In this document: piece by piece, positions 39,751-52,889 of the stretch
Layout: each line of letters starts with the position of its first letter
How positions within the stretch are numbered: position 1 is the first letter of the stretch
NCBI GenBank assembly: GCA_951406725.2
Contig: OX597816.1
Location: 143,654,001-143,718,000 of the forward strand
DNA: 64,000 nt
Source: Octopus vulgaris
Taxonomy: Eukaryota
Direction of reading: 5' to 3'
Translations under genes and position numbers: made by a program
The notes under the pieces: model-generated
Told to the model about the DNA's origin: nothing
What the model saw: the letters and a program-made list of their open reading frames with translations, nothing else
Databases searched by the model: none

Positions 39751-40329
39751 TTGTCACTGTACTCGCCAAAGATACGACTCACTTCCTAATGTAGGTCCAC
39801 ATTCAATCTCAATATCATCTCAAAATTCGAAGTTGTCCCCTTCACCTTTCTTCGTGAAAATTACTACATCTAATGATTTTTTTGTAATTACTGATGTATT
39901 TAAAATTTATACTTTGACATAATGGCATTGTCCGCCATTTAACAATTTTACATGTATGGAATTGCAAAAAGATTTTGTATATTTTTTTAATTAAAATTTG
40001 CAATGTTATTAGTTTTAATATTTTCTGTATTTTAAGACCTTCAACTCTTCTTGCTACTATTGAACTCTAGAAAAATGACGATCTAGCAGAAATCTTATTA
40101 CGCAGAACAAAATGCTTAGCGGCATATATTCTGGCTTTATGTTCTGAGTTAAAATGTCATCGAGGTCGACTTTGCCTTTCAGCTTTCAGGATCGATAAAA
40201 TAAGTACTTAGTAATTTCAGGCATTGTACCTATGGTAGAAAAGATTATACAACCCAAGATCAATGTTGCTTGGCGCGGAGGAAAGGCTGTAACTATAACC
40301 TTCGCAAACAGAAATCGGTGAGATTTCAG

Positions 40330-40501
40330 GGCATCACCTTGAAGAGTTTTAATCGGTGAGTTAGTCTCATTGGTTATTGTTTTTAAAGGCTGGTGCTTAT
40401 TCTATCTGTGGCTTATGTCGAACCGCTAAGTTACGGAGACGTATATAATCAACACCAGTTGTCAAGTGTTGGTAGGGCATAAAACAAGACACACAAACAC
40501 A

Positions 40502-40554
<53 letters not shown>

Positions 40555-40733
40555 GCACACGCACACATATTCGACGGGCTTTCATTCAGTTTTCATTGAC
40601 CAAATGTACTCGCGAGGCTGTGGTCGGCCCGGGGCTATATTAGAAGAGACTTGCCCAAGGTGCTACGATGTGGGACTGAACTCGGAACCATGTAACTGGA
40701 AAGCGAACCTCCTACCACACAGCCAACCGCATC
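40330..40733 (-). mobile_element. SINE with internal (CA)n (family of 62231-62625)
   Basis: Shares gaaccgctaagttacgg, acttgcccaaggtg and gtgggactgaac. Confidence 0.8.
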
Positions 40734-41004
40734 CCCCAGCTTCTTAGACTCAGACTGGGGCAATTTTCTAATTATAGGTGCATTAACTTACTAGTTATAG
40801 CTGTTCGCATGAACTTTTATAATTTAATTTCCCTTATGTGCAAGACGCACCATCTTTTTGCCTCTGATAAAAAGATTTTGAACTTCAAATATTTAGACCC
40901 TCCTTATTGAATATTTATAAGAAAATAGATTCAACAACTATAAACATTTATTACTTATATAACGTATACTGAATCACGAGAACAAATATTTAAAAACCCT
41001 ACTT

Positions 41005-41180
41005 TGAGTATAATAGAAATAATTGCTACAGAAGGTAGAGTATACTGGAAACTTTATTTATCACAACGATCATTTCGGTACATTCTGCACCGCTAAGGGG
41101 CAGTGCAGAACGTGCAGAAAGTATCGTTGTGATAGTTTCCAGTATACTCTATCTTCTGTTTCAGTTATTTCTAGTATATA
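41005..41180. repeat. ~170-bp hairpin, MITE-like fold-back
   Basis: acagaaggtagagtatactggaaact..tatcacaacgat..ttctgcac versus gtgcagaa..atcgttgtgatagtttccagtatactctatcttctgt. Confidence 0.85.
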
Positions 41181-41245
41181 GTCGCCATGATAGATCGGTA
41201 ACCACTACATACATTTTTTTTCTCTCCTTGTTTTTTTCTGTGTCC

Positions 41246-41281
41246 CTTTCTGTAGAAGAGCGTAGGCTCGAAACGTAAAAG
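41246..41281 (+). ncRNA. Minimal hammerhead-like motif with A6U change
   Basis: cttt-CTGTAGA-a-gagc(gtag)gctc-GAAAC-GTA-aaag. Confidence 0.5.
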
Positions 41282-41348
41282 ATTTTTTCAATTCCTGAGC
41301 GTTATACACCACCTGCCTTCGTCTTTTTTTTGTGAAATCTCCCCCACC

Positions 41349-41404
<56 letters not shown>

Positions 41405-41878
41405 GTAATGGTTAAGAGGTTCACTTCTTAACCACGAGGTCCGGAGGCTGATCTCTCTACGTGACATCTATATAGCCTCGGATCGAATCGAAATGGGTAG
41501 ATGTGAACTGCATAGGTACTCTTCCGCTGAATTCGTATAATTCAAAGATACAAACTGAGCTAAGCTGATTCTGCCAGAGAATTACGGTAGGGGTATACTG
41601 GTCTATGGAATGCACAGCCACTTACGCTATAATTCTATGAGAAGGTGCTTTAATTGATGGAAATCAAAGATCCATAATTTTTTATGCACACTCGCGCGCA
41701 CGCACACAGCATGTGTTGAGCACGCTTCTCCTATTGGTCTGAGATAAACCAACTTGTGTGTGTATGCGCTGTGTGCGCTTCATGTTCTCTAAAATGATAA
41801 AAGAACGAAAAAGAATAAAAAATTAATAATAATAATAATAACAACAACGACGACGACGACGACAACAACAACAACAAC

Positions 41879-41912
<34 letters not shown>

Positions 41913-42100
41913 GTAATCTCTAAATAATAAAACAATGAAGGCCAAATGACAACACAAATGAAATATGAGAACAATAACAATGTAGAGACTTCACATCACG
42001 TCTAGCTGTTTCTTTTAATATATTATATTTTCTTTTTTTCTTTTTAATTTGACATGAGAGAAAGAGAGATGGAGAGAGAGAGAGAGAGAGAGAGATAGAT

Positions 42101-42149
<49 letters not shown>

Positions 42150-42500
42150 ATCTGTAAGACACTCGATCCATTTTCTTCAGATGACATTCTGTTTTTATGA
42201 GACTCTCCCTCTCTCTCTACTTCACATCCTTCCCTGACTCGTTACTTATCTGTCATCAGAGGAGTGATAAGTTAACCGGAAGTGAGGTGTGAACATCACT
42301 ATTATGAGAGATAAGTTATCTATCTTCTCTTGTCTTTTGGTCTTTTTAGTTTTTTGTTCATTTTGCTATCCGTTTGTATTAAATGTATTCTTTTCGTATT
42401 AATACAGAGTATTCAAGGGAGACCCAAAACGAATAATGAGTGACTCAATAAACTCACTTCCGGGCTTTATACCAACTTGTCCCATCACTCTCTTTCTGTC

Positions 42501-42530
<30 letters not shown>

Positions 42531-42533
<3 letters not shown>

Positions 42534-42979
42534 ATAAATCTCTAAGCGAGGTATAAACAGTAACTGCTCTGTAATATAAGCGGGACCAGCCATCTGAATG
42601 TGGCTAGGGACAGGGCGGGGTGGTGGGGGTGTTACTGATGCATTTAGCCCCAGGCGACTATGGACGTCACCAGGAGAGCCGACACCATCACGGTGTCCTT
42701 GCTAGCCTGTAAAGGGAGATCAGCCTCCCCGAAGATACGGATGCTACACACGGACCGGTTTCGAGGTGGTCATGCGCTGACGAGAGGCGACCACCTCGAA
42801 ACCGGTCCGTGTGTAGCATCCGTATCTTCGGGGAGGCTGATCTCCCTTTACAGGCTAGCAAGGACACCGTGATGGTGTCGGCTCTCCTGGTGACGTCCAT
42901 AGTCGCCTGGGGCTAAATGCATCAGTAACACCCCCACCACCCCGCCCTGTCCCTAGCCACATTCAGATGGCTGGTCCCG

Positions 42980-42986
<7 letters not shown>
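42531..42986. mobile_element. Palindromic HHR-bearing element (same family as 21016-21808), inserted in (TA)n
   Basis: Arms 42574-42771 and 42789-42986 (198 bp, apparently perfect) with a 17-nt spacer. Homologous to the 357-bp unit. Confidence 0.92.
42771..42813 (+). ncRNA. Minimal type I hammerhead ribozyme, canonical core
   Basis: catgcg-CTGACGA-gagg(cgacca)cctc-GAAAC-cg-GTC-cgtgtg. Confidence 0.85.
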
Positions 42987-43028
<42 letters not shown>

Positions 43029-43199
43029 ATGTGTGTGTGTATATATATGTGTGTGTATGTGTGTGTGTGTCTATATATGTGTGTATATATACATGTGTGT
43101 GATTATATATGTGTGTATATATGTGTGTGTATATATGTGTATGTATATGTGTGTGTATATGTATGTGTGTATATACATATATATACACATACATATAGC

Positions 43200-43598
43200 C
43201 GTAGGCGTGGGTGTGTGGGAAGAAGTTTGCTTAATAACCACATGGTTCCAGGTTCAGTCCAACTGCGGGATACCTTGGGCAAGTGTCTTCTACTAACCAC
43301 TCCGTTGTACCCCCAGTGCGAAACCTATTGGTAAGATCGGCCGTAATGGTTATATAATACTGTACACTTCGGATATGTGTGTGTGTGTGTCTGAATCTGT
43401 TTGTCCTCCCACTGTTGATTGACAATCGATGTTTGTGTTTGTGTCCGTAACTTAGCGGTTCGGCGAAAGGGGTCCGATACAATAAGTACCAGGTTTTAAA
43501 ATAAAAATGTACTGCGGTTGATTTGCTGGAGTAAAATTCTTCAGGGTGGTGCCCCCTGTATGGCCGCAGTCTAACGACTGAAACAAGAGGTAAAAGTT
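43200..43598 (+). mobile_element. SINE (family of 62231-62625)
   Basis: accacatggttccaggttcagtcc..ttgggcaagtgtcttctacta..tggccgcagtctaacgactgaaaca. Confidence 0.8.
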
Positions 43599-44468
43599 AC
43601 TGGATTTGGTTTGCAAAATTCTTGATATGAATCCGTGTGTTGGAACAGCTCCTGTGTCAGGCTGTTATTACGCCAATGATAAAGAACACACTTCTTTATA
43701 GTTAGTCAATCGCTTAAATATCTAACCAACTAACTGATCGATCGTTTGTTTAATGTGTTACTTAAACAATCAATCAGTTTCTTGTTTGTCAAAATCTATT
43801 CTGCGCAATTCATGACAGCAACAATGACATACTCCCTCTCTTCAAGGTCTGCCTTGAGTTTATACATACATACATACATACATACATACATACATACATA
43901 CATACATACATACAAATACGCATTTAGATACATATACATACTTACATATACATACACATGTATTGATTGTGAAGATGATGTTGAATGGGCCTTGACAAGA
44001 AATTTGATTGTTCTCTTAGTATAGTCAAAGCATCAGTAAACGCTTAGTTTTTATTCAAATTGCTTTAAAATAATATTGTTGTAACATTTACATAAATTAC
44101 ATATATATATATATTTGTATTTATATTCGTGTAACATCGTCTGTTTTTCTGTCCTTGATTTCGTATACATTCGATGCTTTTTTCCAAGGAATCTAATGCT
44201 CGTAGCTTAGTTTTTCCTTGGGGCTGGCCAGATTGGAACAATCTCAAGATTAATCAGCCGAAATTGCGAGGATGATCTGGTTCTTGACTGAGGATAGAAG
44301 GCTTCGAATGACCCTGTTTTCTTCCTCCAACCTTCCCTAATTCCCTTTTTCTCCCCAACCTCCTTCACCGTTTCTATCTGTCTCTCTCGCTCTCTCTCGC
44401 TCCTTTTTCAACTTTTCTCTCTCATATTGGAAAATGAATTTTTAGATCAATTATGCCGCAGAAGCTTA

Positions 44469-46761
44469 CACTAGTCAACAATTTTTGAAAAGTTGTGCGT
44501 TTCTTAAATGAGATTAGTTAATTCTTATGTATTTTCATATTCTGGACCCAAATATCACCTTGAACACTGCTTATTAGCTATAGGCTTAAAGATACACAGC
44601 GTTTGTAATTATGTTTTAAGTTCTAGTCTGTATCTACTCTCTGCCCTTTTACTTGACGTTTTTAGTGGGCTGATGAATCATATCTTGCCAATGTCCAGCA
44701 ACAGTCTACAACCATTATTGTGCTCCATTTGCCCTGATACCGATTTTCTGTGGTTGAAATATTTTGGTGAACCTTTTCACCATGTTCGTCACTAACTACC
44801 CTACAGTTCGCTGGAAAAAAGTCTAAATGTGAGTCTAAAGAGTGGATTTTAAGCAACATGTTACATTGCACGATCTTGTAAGTCTTGATGAGGTTTTCCA
44901 CAAATTTTTCATTGTTTCCTTTCCTTCTGTTTCCGAGAAATCCCTTCGCCATTAACATGAATGCTTGCCAAGCAGCTTTCTCCTCCCCGTGATGGGTTAA
45001 TCCAGATTTTAAATTTTTATGAAACTCTCGAATCTGAGGACCAACGAAAATTCCCTCTTTTATCCTAGCGTCGCTCAATGAGGGGAATTTTGATGTTAAA
45101 TACTTGAATGCCTGACTGGATTTGTCCATAGCTTTTACAAAGATTTTCATGAGCCCCAGTTTTATGCGTAATGGTAGTAGCAAAATTTTGTTTAGTTCAG
45201 TGAGAAGTGGGTGTTGAACATTTTTCCTCCCAGGCTCCACTGATTGATGAGGTGGCCAGTCTCTCCTGATATAGTGAGGACCTCTTCCACGGTTGTCCCA
45301 TTCACACAGACAGCAACAGTACTTGGCATATTAGCCTTGTGAGCCCATCACAATAGCAACAACCTTCAAGTCACCACAGAGCTGCCATTGATGTTCCTTA
45401 TATTTTATGCATTGCAGCATATACTTTATATTCTCATAGGTTTCTTTCATATACGATGCATAGCTGCCATTATGCAGCAAGACACCTTTCAGACTAGTTT
45501 TTGATGAATCCATGAATAGTCTCCAGTGACTGGATTCGTATTCAATACCAAGTGCTTCCATCAGATCATTAATATTGCTGCATGCCAATAAATCGCCTTC
45601 CATTATGTAAAAGCTGCTGAACTGCTGCTGATGATGGAGAAAAATTTTGAACTCTTCACATCAACTGCTAGAACATTCCACTGTTGAAGACGAGAACCTA
45701 GCAGCTCTATTTCATTCTTAGGCAGTTTTTGATCTATTGCAAGATCATGAAGTTACTCTTGTGTTATGAGATGTCGTCTAGAGGAGTGTACTTCATAAAA
45801 AATTTGGGTCACTCTATAATCCAGCACTGTCATCCGTTTCTGCTTCCTCCTCACTACTTTCTTCATCTTACTCGTTAGACACCGAAGTTGACGCCTCAGG
45901 AACAGGTAGATCTTCTCCATGTGGAACTGGACGAATAGGGGACGGAATGTTTGGATATTCAACGGACTTCTTTTTCTTCTTTGATTAGCCCTTTTCTTAC
46001 TGGAGGTATCGGGCAGAAATAACAATTGTTGGTATGGTCTGTTGGCTCCCGCCACGTCATTGGCAGAGCAAAAGGCATTCCTTTCCTCTTCCTGTTCAAC
46101 TATTGGCGAAGGTTAATAGCACAAGTGTTGTAACATATGTGAGCAGCCCACTTCTTATTCTGGTCGCCAATCTTGCATCCGAAATATAGGTGATATGTCT
46201 TAAAACCATAGCAGTTATACCGCGCTTCTATGATGCAAATGTCGCCTCGCCACAAATGTAGAAGTTGTCTGCTTCATTCACACCAAATGCGAGACATCCG
46301 AAAGAAGAAAACAACAAACAATTAGAAGATAAACAGAAAATTCATTCATAAATTCATCATTATAATACAGAACATGACAGCTTAGCAGAAATATTTATAT
46401 AATTCGGTAGCAAAATAAAATTAATATAAAATGCCGCATACATACCAATGGCTTGCTCAATGAATATTTATTATAAGTTTTAAAAGTGACTGACTAAGAA
46501 AATCACCGACCTTTCATCGCAATATATAAACTTGCACAGCACAATCACCTCCTATGACTGCTTGAAAAATACTGAAGGGCAGTGGGACTGTGTGTTAAGA
46601 AACACATTGCCGCAATCCTGTTGGAACCTGTTGTGACTCATATGTGTATCTTGAAAATAGAGCCACCAAACAGTTTTAACCATGATATTCATTATCAGCG
46701 ACCTAAAATTAGTTGGAAATTGCTTCTCTGGTCTCAGAAATATTTTGATTCTTGACCAGTG
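44469..46761 (-). mobile_element. Chapaev3-like (CMC) DNA transposon, near full length
   Basis: TIRs cactagtcaacaat / attcttgaccagtg. 3-bp TSD TTA at 44466-44468 and 46762-46764. Confidence 0.88.
44662..46297 (-). pseudogene. Chapaev3-like transposase pseudogene
   Basis: YICGE, FGCKIGDQNKKWAAHIC, WRLFMDSSKTSLKGVLLHNG, LCGDLKVV, LPLRIKLGLMK, GIFVGPQIR, SDEHGEKVHQ, RYQGKW. Frameshifted. Confidence 0.88.
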
Positions 46762-47381
46762 TTATAGGAACAACCAGGGCTGGGCTGGTGCTGAATCCCA
46801 CCCCCTCCATTAGCATCGCCGCATCCGCCGCCGCTGTCAACTCCTCCCAACACTTACTGACGTAAATTCTCACTCCTACAATATTCCCACAACTATCGCG
46901 ACGAACACGTCATGTTTTCAGACACATAACTTATTGAGACTATTAACCTCTTGACACCCGCATTGATTGATCCCTCTGATGTATTGACACACCTAACCTT
47001 ATCATAATACCCACAACTCAAGCTTTTCTATTTACTTTGTACATTTTCTGAGAAACTGAACAAAACAAATCTATTTTTACCTTTTATCTTGTCTGTCTGT
47101 GAAAGTTACATCTAGTCGAACCACCAACCTCACTTTGAGTCCGCTGTCAAGGCACTTTCACTCTGAGATAAAATCAGTCCACTTAAATGTAAATAGGTTG
47201 TCTTAGCAGTATCATAAGGCCCTCACCGGGTAAGGCGTTGCTCTGGAGACACTTCATTTTCAAACAGCGTACAGAGATAAGCAGTAGGTCCTTATATATG
47301 TAGGGCCTGAGCAGTTACTCATTACATCCATAACTTAATGCGGCATTGATCACAAGGTAGAAACTACTCAATGCTCTAAGC

Positions 47382-47749
47382 TAGAGTTTCTCAACGTGGG
47401 TAGTACGCTTCCTACCAAGGGTCACTGAGCATATCAAAGGCTTTAGGGAGAGGTGAAGTAACATAATTAACATTCTACAGTAGTAATTATATTTTAGATG
47501 ATAAAACTAGTAATGGTTATTAAAATAAAATGAGATCCCATCAGGCACTGTATAAAGTAAATTTACTTTTGTCTTTATTAATTTTGTATCATTTCACTGT
47601 TAGAAGCTTATACAATCCATTTTTAGCGTAAAATTCATAAATTATAACCCATTTAGTCGCAATACCTCACTCACCATTTAAGTGGTCTCTAGGTATAACA
47701 ACTACTTCAGAGGGAGTCGTTGAAAAATAATAAAGGTTAAGAACCACTA
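47382..47749. mobile_element. hAT-type MITE
   Basis: TIR-like tagagtttctcaac / gttaagaaccacta. Flanks ctctaagc / ttctaagt (degenerate 8-bp TSD). Confidence 0.55.
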
Positions 47750-48957
47750 TTCTAAGTTGTGCCAGTTCGCTTCGGAAAACTGAAAATTGGTAAATATTAA
47801 TGTTTTGTTCAAAGGCGATGAGCAAGCAGAACCATTAGCGTGCTTAATAAAACGCTTAGCGGTATTTATCCGGTTTTACGTTCTGATTTCAAATTCTCTC
47901 GAGATCAACTTTGCATTTCATCCTTTCGGGATCTATGAAAATAAGTACCAGTCGAGCACTGGGCGCGATGTGACTGAGTAGCACCTTCCAGTGCATCCAA
48001 TTTCTGACCAAGTACTTACTAAGTGTTTAGTCCTACTTTTCCCATATCGCTGATGTTTAATCTCTGGTGTTAATCACTGGATAACTGTGATGGTTGAGGT
48101 GCTGATGTGGAGAGTGATAATTCGGAATGCTGGGCACTTTCTTAAAGACTTCTCATACTATATGAAAATATGCAAGACAGTTCTGAAGTTCAAAATGTGT
48201 TTTTGTTTTTGTAATCAACAGGCGCAGGTATAGCTGTGTGATTGAGAAGCTTGCTTCCCAACTATGTGATCTTCTAATCAGTCCCACTGCAGGACAAGTA
48301 TCCTCTACTTTATCCCCGGACCGACCAAAGTTATGCAAGTGGATTTGGTAGGCGGAAACTGAAAGAATGCTGCTATACAATATACATGTGTATCTTTGTG
48401 TATATTTTTGTGCGTTTTATGTTTGCCCTTCCTCCACCACTGCTTGACAATCGGTATTGGCGTATCTGTGTCCCTATAAACTGCTATTGTCTAAAGACTC
48501 TTGTTTGCAACCCTCAAACGCTACCCCAACTCATTTGACTATCTGGTAATTGTAGCCCACACTGGTCGTCGCCAGTACGTGCATCTATGACTGCATCGAT
48601 ATTATATGTGTATATATGTATATGGCTATCTATACCCTGTGTACGAGTGTGTGAACAATAATAGTGCAATGTCCTTGTGATGTAGTTATAGTGAACGTAT
48701 CTTTACTATATGTTGTTATAGCTTATTTAGCGCCGCTTTGTATTTTTTAATTTGTTCATATACGATCTATGGTTTTGTCAGAGCGAAAGTAAAATGGGAG
48801 CTTTGGGAATTTGTTATACATTAATTTAAATGCTCAATTGGTGAAATATCTAGTATTTGATTTTTGTATTTTTTCACGACTAATAGCCAATCCGTTTGTC
48901 AGGATATACATACATACATACATACATACATACATACATACATACATACATACATAC

Positions 48958-48988
<31 letters not shown>

Positions 48989-49022
48989 CATACATGCATA
49001 CATACATACATACATACATACA

Positions 49023-49053
<31 letters not shown>

Positions 49054-49149
49054 GCCTACATCCTCATTCGAAAGCTAAAACTATGCAAAGCGTATTGTAA
49101 CCAGCGAAGTATAACAACATCAAATAGCCTAGTCGATCACGCGATCAAG

Positions 49150-49259
<110 letters not shown>

Positions 49260-49408
49260 ATGTACAGAGATTTTTTTCTTTAACTGAAGCTAAGAGATTG
49301 TCTCGCAAATTGTCTCCCAAAAGTTAAACAGTTTCGCTTGAAGATAGCAACGACATGAAACTCGAGCTGTGAGGCAATCTGTTTCAGACTCAATAAAAAG
49401 CATAACTA

Positions 49409-49590
49409 AGGCCGCGAGGTGGCTGAAACGTTAGCGCGCCGGGCGAAATGCTTAGTGGTATTTCGTATGTCTTTACGTTCTGACTTCAAATTCTGCCGAG
49501 GTCGACTTTGTCTTACATCCTTTCCGAGTCGATAAATTAAGTAACCAGTTGCGTACTGCGGTCGATCTAATCGACAGAACCCCTCCTCTA
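49409..49590 (+). mobile_element. SINE, monomeric form of the 986-1380 family
   Basis: Head plus a single core. Confidence 0.82.
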
Positions 49591-49635
49591 TAACATGTCT
49601 TGAGTGTTCATTTTTCATTCGTTCAATATCAAGCA

Positions 49636-49682
<47 letters not shown>

Positions 49683-50392
49683 CACATACGATTCGTTTGT
49701 GGATGCCGTCCTGCAGATGAAAGCACACAATTCATTACAGAGTTATATATGTTTTTATATAGTAATTCCGTGTAAATTTGGCATTGACTCACGTTTGTTT
49801 CATGTTCGGATGTTCGAGTGAAACATCTTCGCTGGTATGAACGAAGATGAATCGCCTTATCCATTTATCAGGATTTGTTGGTAATTTACGATATATTATA
49901 GTAGCTGAGAGAAAGTAATAAAATTGAGATAGGGTGGACTCTTTGTAAATCTATAAGTTATAACTCTGAAAATTTGTATTTACTCTCTTATAAGCTCTTA
50001 CACATGCGCACGCGCGCACACACACACAGAATTATATCGAGCTGCCTGTACCAGGTGTCTTGGTCCCTTTCATTACTGATAACGTACGAATATATGTATT
50101 TATTTGTTACTTGATAGATAGATAGACAAAGAGATAGACATGTAACTAGCTAGATAGATAGTGAGATACCCAAGTGGAGACAGGCAGGTGGATACGAAAG
50201 CCCTCAGAATAGCTGGAAGATTGATTATGATAGGCAAGGGGATATATATATGATGACAAATGATCGAGTAAATGTAATATCGCGTTATCGATAGCAAGTC
50301 TACGCCCCTTAATCATGGAGAAAAATATTACGTTTTTTACGAATACCTTTAAATACATACAAATATATACATACATACATCCACGCACGCAC

Positions 50393-50432
<40 letters not shown>

Positions 50433-50599
50433 ACAAACACACACATACACATACGCACACACAGGTAGGCAAAGAAGAGAGAAAGGGGACACATCTTTTA
50501 AATTTATTCAGAACACATTTTCACTATAAAAAGTCAGAGGAACTTTTTGCCTACGTTAGTCATAATATTTAGGAAGGAGATGGGTGTATACATACACAC

Positions 50600-51000
50600 T
50601 CACATAGAAATTTACATTTCAGATAAGAAATTAATTCTTGTATCCTTTACATAAGCATTTCTCAGTAAATCATAAGTATAGGAAGATTTTTAATAGGCGC
50701 TCGATTAAAATATATAGCTGCTGCCCCAATATGAAGAACATTAGCACTCGTAAACATCACCGAGTGTTCACTCTCAATGTTGAGACCCCGAAGCTTGCCC
50801 TCTTAACCAGGTGTGTATTAAAGTATTATAGACTCCCTCGTAAATGAAGCAAAAGTTACAGCAACGCTTTGCAATAACCTAATCGAAAAGAAAAATTATA
50901 TCGGGTTGTGCGAAGGCGAATTCAAAAGAGCTTACAGAAACCTTTCCGGCACATCGACAAAAGTAAAGTCACTAAGTTGGCTAGCTATCTATGGGAGCAC
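50600..51000 (+). pseudogene. Penelope-like element linker/GIY-YIG fragment
   Basis: KIFNRRSIKIYSCCPNMKNI, NYIGLCEGEFKRAY, FRHIDKSKVTKLASYLWE. Confidence 0.7.
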
Positions 51001-51588
51001 ACAATGGAATTGAACCCCAAACCATGCAATTTATGATGCAAAATTCATAACTACACAGCTACGTTTGCGTCTAACAGAGTCTTTGTTTTTAGAATTGTAT
51101 TTTTCAACGAAAAGCTGTTACATGTATTCATGCATGCAAATGGTTATGGATACACACATATATGAATCATATATAAATATGTATAAATTTACATATATTT
51201 GCATTGTTATACTTATGTACTTATGTGCTTAAAAATATCACTATCTGTTATCGGAAATGGTTCCACATTTTCAAATCTCTCATTACATTACAAAGATATC
51301 TTCTGAGAAAATAATTTCTAAAAAATATTGAACATGTAATTATCGTGGCTCTCGAACAATGGGCCTTGTAAGTACGAATAGTTAAGATAGTTTAGAAGCA
51401 ATCCAAAGATACTCATCATACATATTTTCATTATCACGTAAAACTAAATTGTTCTCAATTGACGCCATTATGAATGAGTATCGGCGGACTGACATCTCAA
51501 AATGTATTCATAAGCAACATTGCAAAGAGAATTATATACACATTTTATTCTGTATGGCAATGATCACTATTATAATATTCATTGATTT

Positions 51589-51646
<58 letters not shown>

Positions 51647-52010
51647 TATTAGGCTACCACTTATTTTACTATTTCCTCGAGGAAAATAATATGAAAAAAG
51701 AAATTCATTGAAACGGTAAGTTAATAGATTAATGATAGCGATGATAATAATGTTAATAACAACAACAACAGTTGAGACAGCGCCGAATATCTTTAATGTA
51801 TAGAAAAAAATATTAATCCCGATGAAAAGCTTATACAAATTTATTAATGAAATTTACCCTTTCGCGATTCATGTAATGAATATTATATGGCATTGAATGG
51901 AAAAATAATGGCGGAAACGTTGAGGTAAGTAGGTAAGTAACTGGCAATATCTATGGTTATTAATATGTTAGATAGAACAATGATAGCAGGATGGCGGAAA
52001 CGTTTGCGAT
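51000..52010 (+). repeat. Left arm of an old ~1-kb inverted duplication
   Basis: Colinear diverged similarity to the reverse complement of 52890-53875, e.g. ttatatacacattttattct.tatggca..atcactattataatattcattgattt. Confidence 0.8.
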
Positions 52011-52119
52011 TAAAGTATTTAGTCTGCCTTCATTTTTTGAATTAAAATACTGAATGAGTCGACTTTGCCTTTGTTTCTTCTGGGATTGAAAAAATATGTA
52101 CCAGGCATATACTGGGAGT

Positions 52120-52327
52120 AATTTTTAGTTTTTACTTGTTTCAGTCGTTCATCTGCGTCATGCTGGGGCACCGGCTTGGAGGGTTTAATCGAACAAATCA
52201 GCCCCAAACTTATTTTTTAAGCTTGGTATTTACTCCATCGTTTTCTTATGCCAAACCGCTAAGTTACGGAAAGCAAACAGAGCAACACTATTTTCAAGCG
52301 GTGGTGGGGGAAAAATAGCATACACAA

Positions 52328-52406
<79 letters not shown>

Positions 52407-52412
52407 CGCGCG

Positions 52413-52455
<43 letters not shown>

Positions 52456-52600
52456 ACACACACATGTACGACAGGCTCTCTGTTTCCATCTACCAAATCC
52501 ACTCACAAGTCTTTAATCTTCCTTGGGTTATAGTACAAGATATTTACCTAAGTTGCCACGCAGTGGGACTGAACACAGAACCACGTCGTTGGGAAACAAG
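52120..52600 (-). mobile_element. SINE with internal (CA)n (family of 62231-62625)
   Basis: Shared core and tRNA-like head on the minus strand. Confidence 0.8.
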
Positions 52601-52889
52601 AAACCGTTTGCCAATTATATAAATTCCCATCGTAATGAAAAAGGCAGCTATTTGGCAGAAAATGTAGGATGTTCGCCTAGTATATTACTGTATTTTAATT
52701 TTAGTTTTAGCTGACATCGAAGTTAACGTTCATTCATCCCTCAGGAAATATTCTGAGGGATGAATACAGATCATATTTTACAGTTCACGTATCTGTATTA
52801 CTTCCCTTAACAATGTTTATTAGTTGTTTGGAGTTAAAAATGGAGGCGAATTATCAGACACGGAAAGAGTCGCTCTAATCATTTTTATG

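Noticed and set aside
42660-42900. Mirror ORFs MDVTRRAD... on both strands (also MWLGSGRGG... at 21041/21738)
   Set aside because: A consequence of the palindrome. The frames are not conserved between the 21-kb and 42-kb relatives.
52732-52765. Small perfect hairpin attcatccctcag/ctgagggatgaat
   Set aside because: Only 13-bp arms, within a degraded SINE-like core. No further support.
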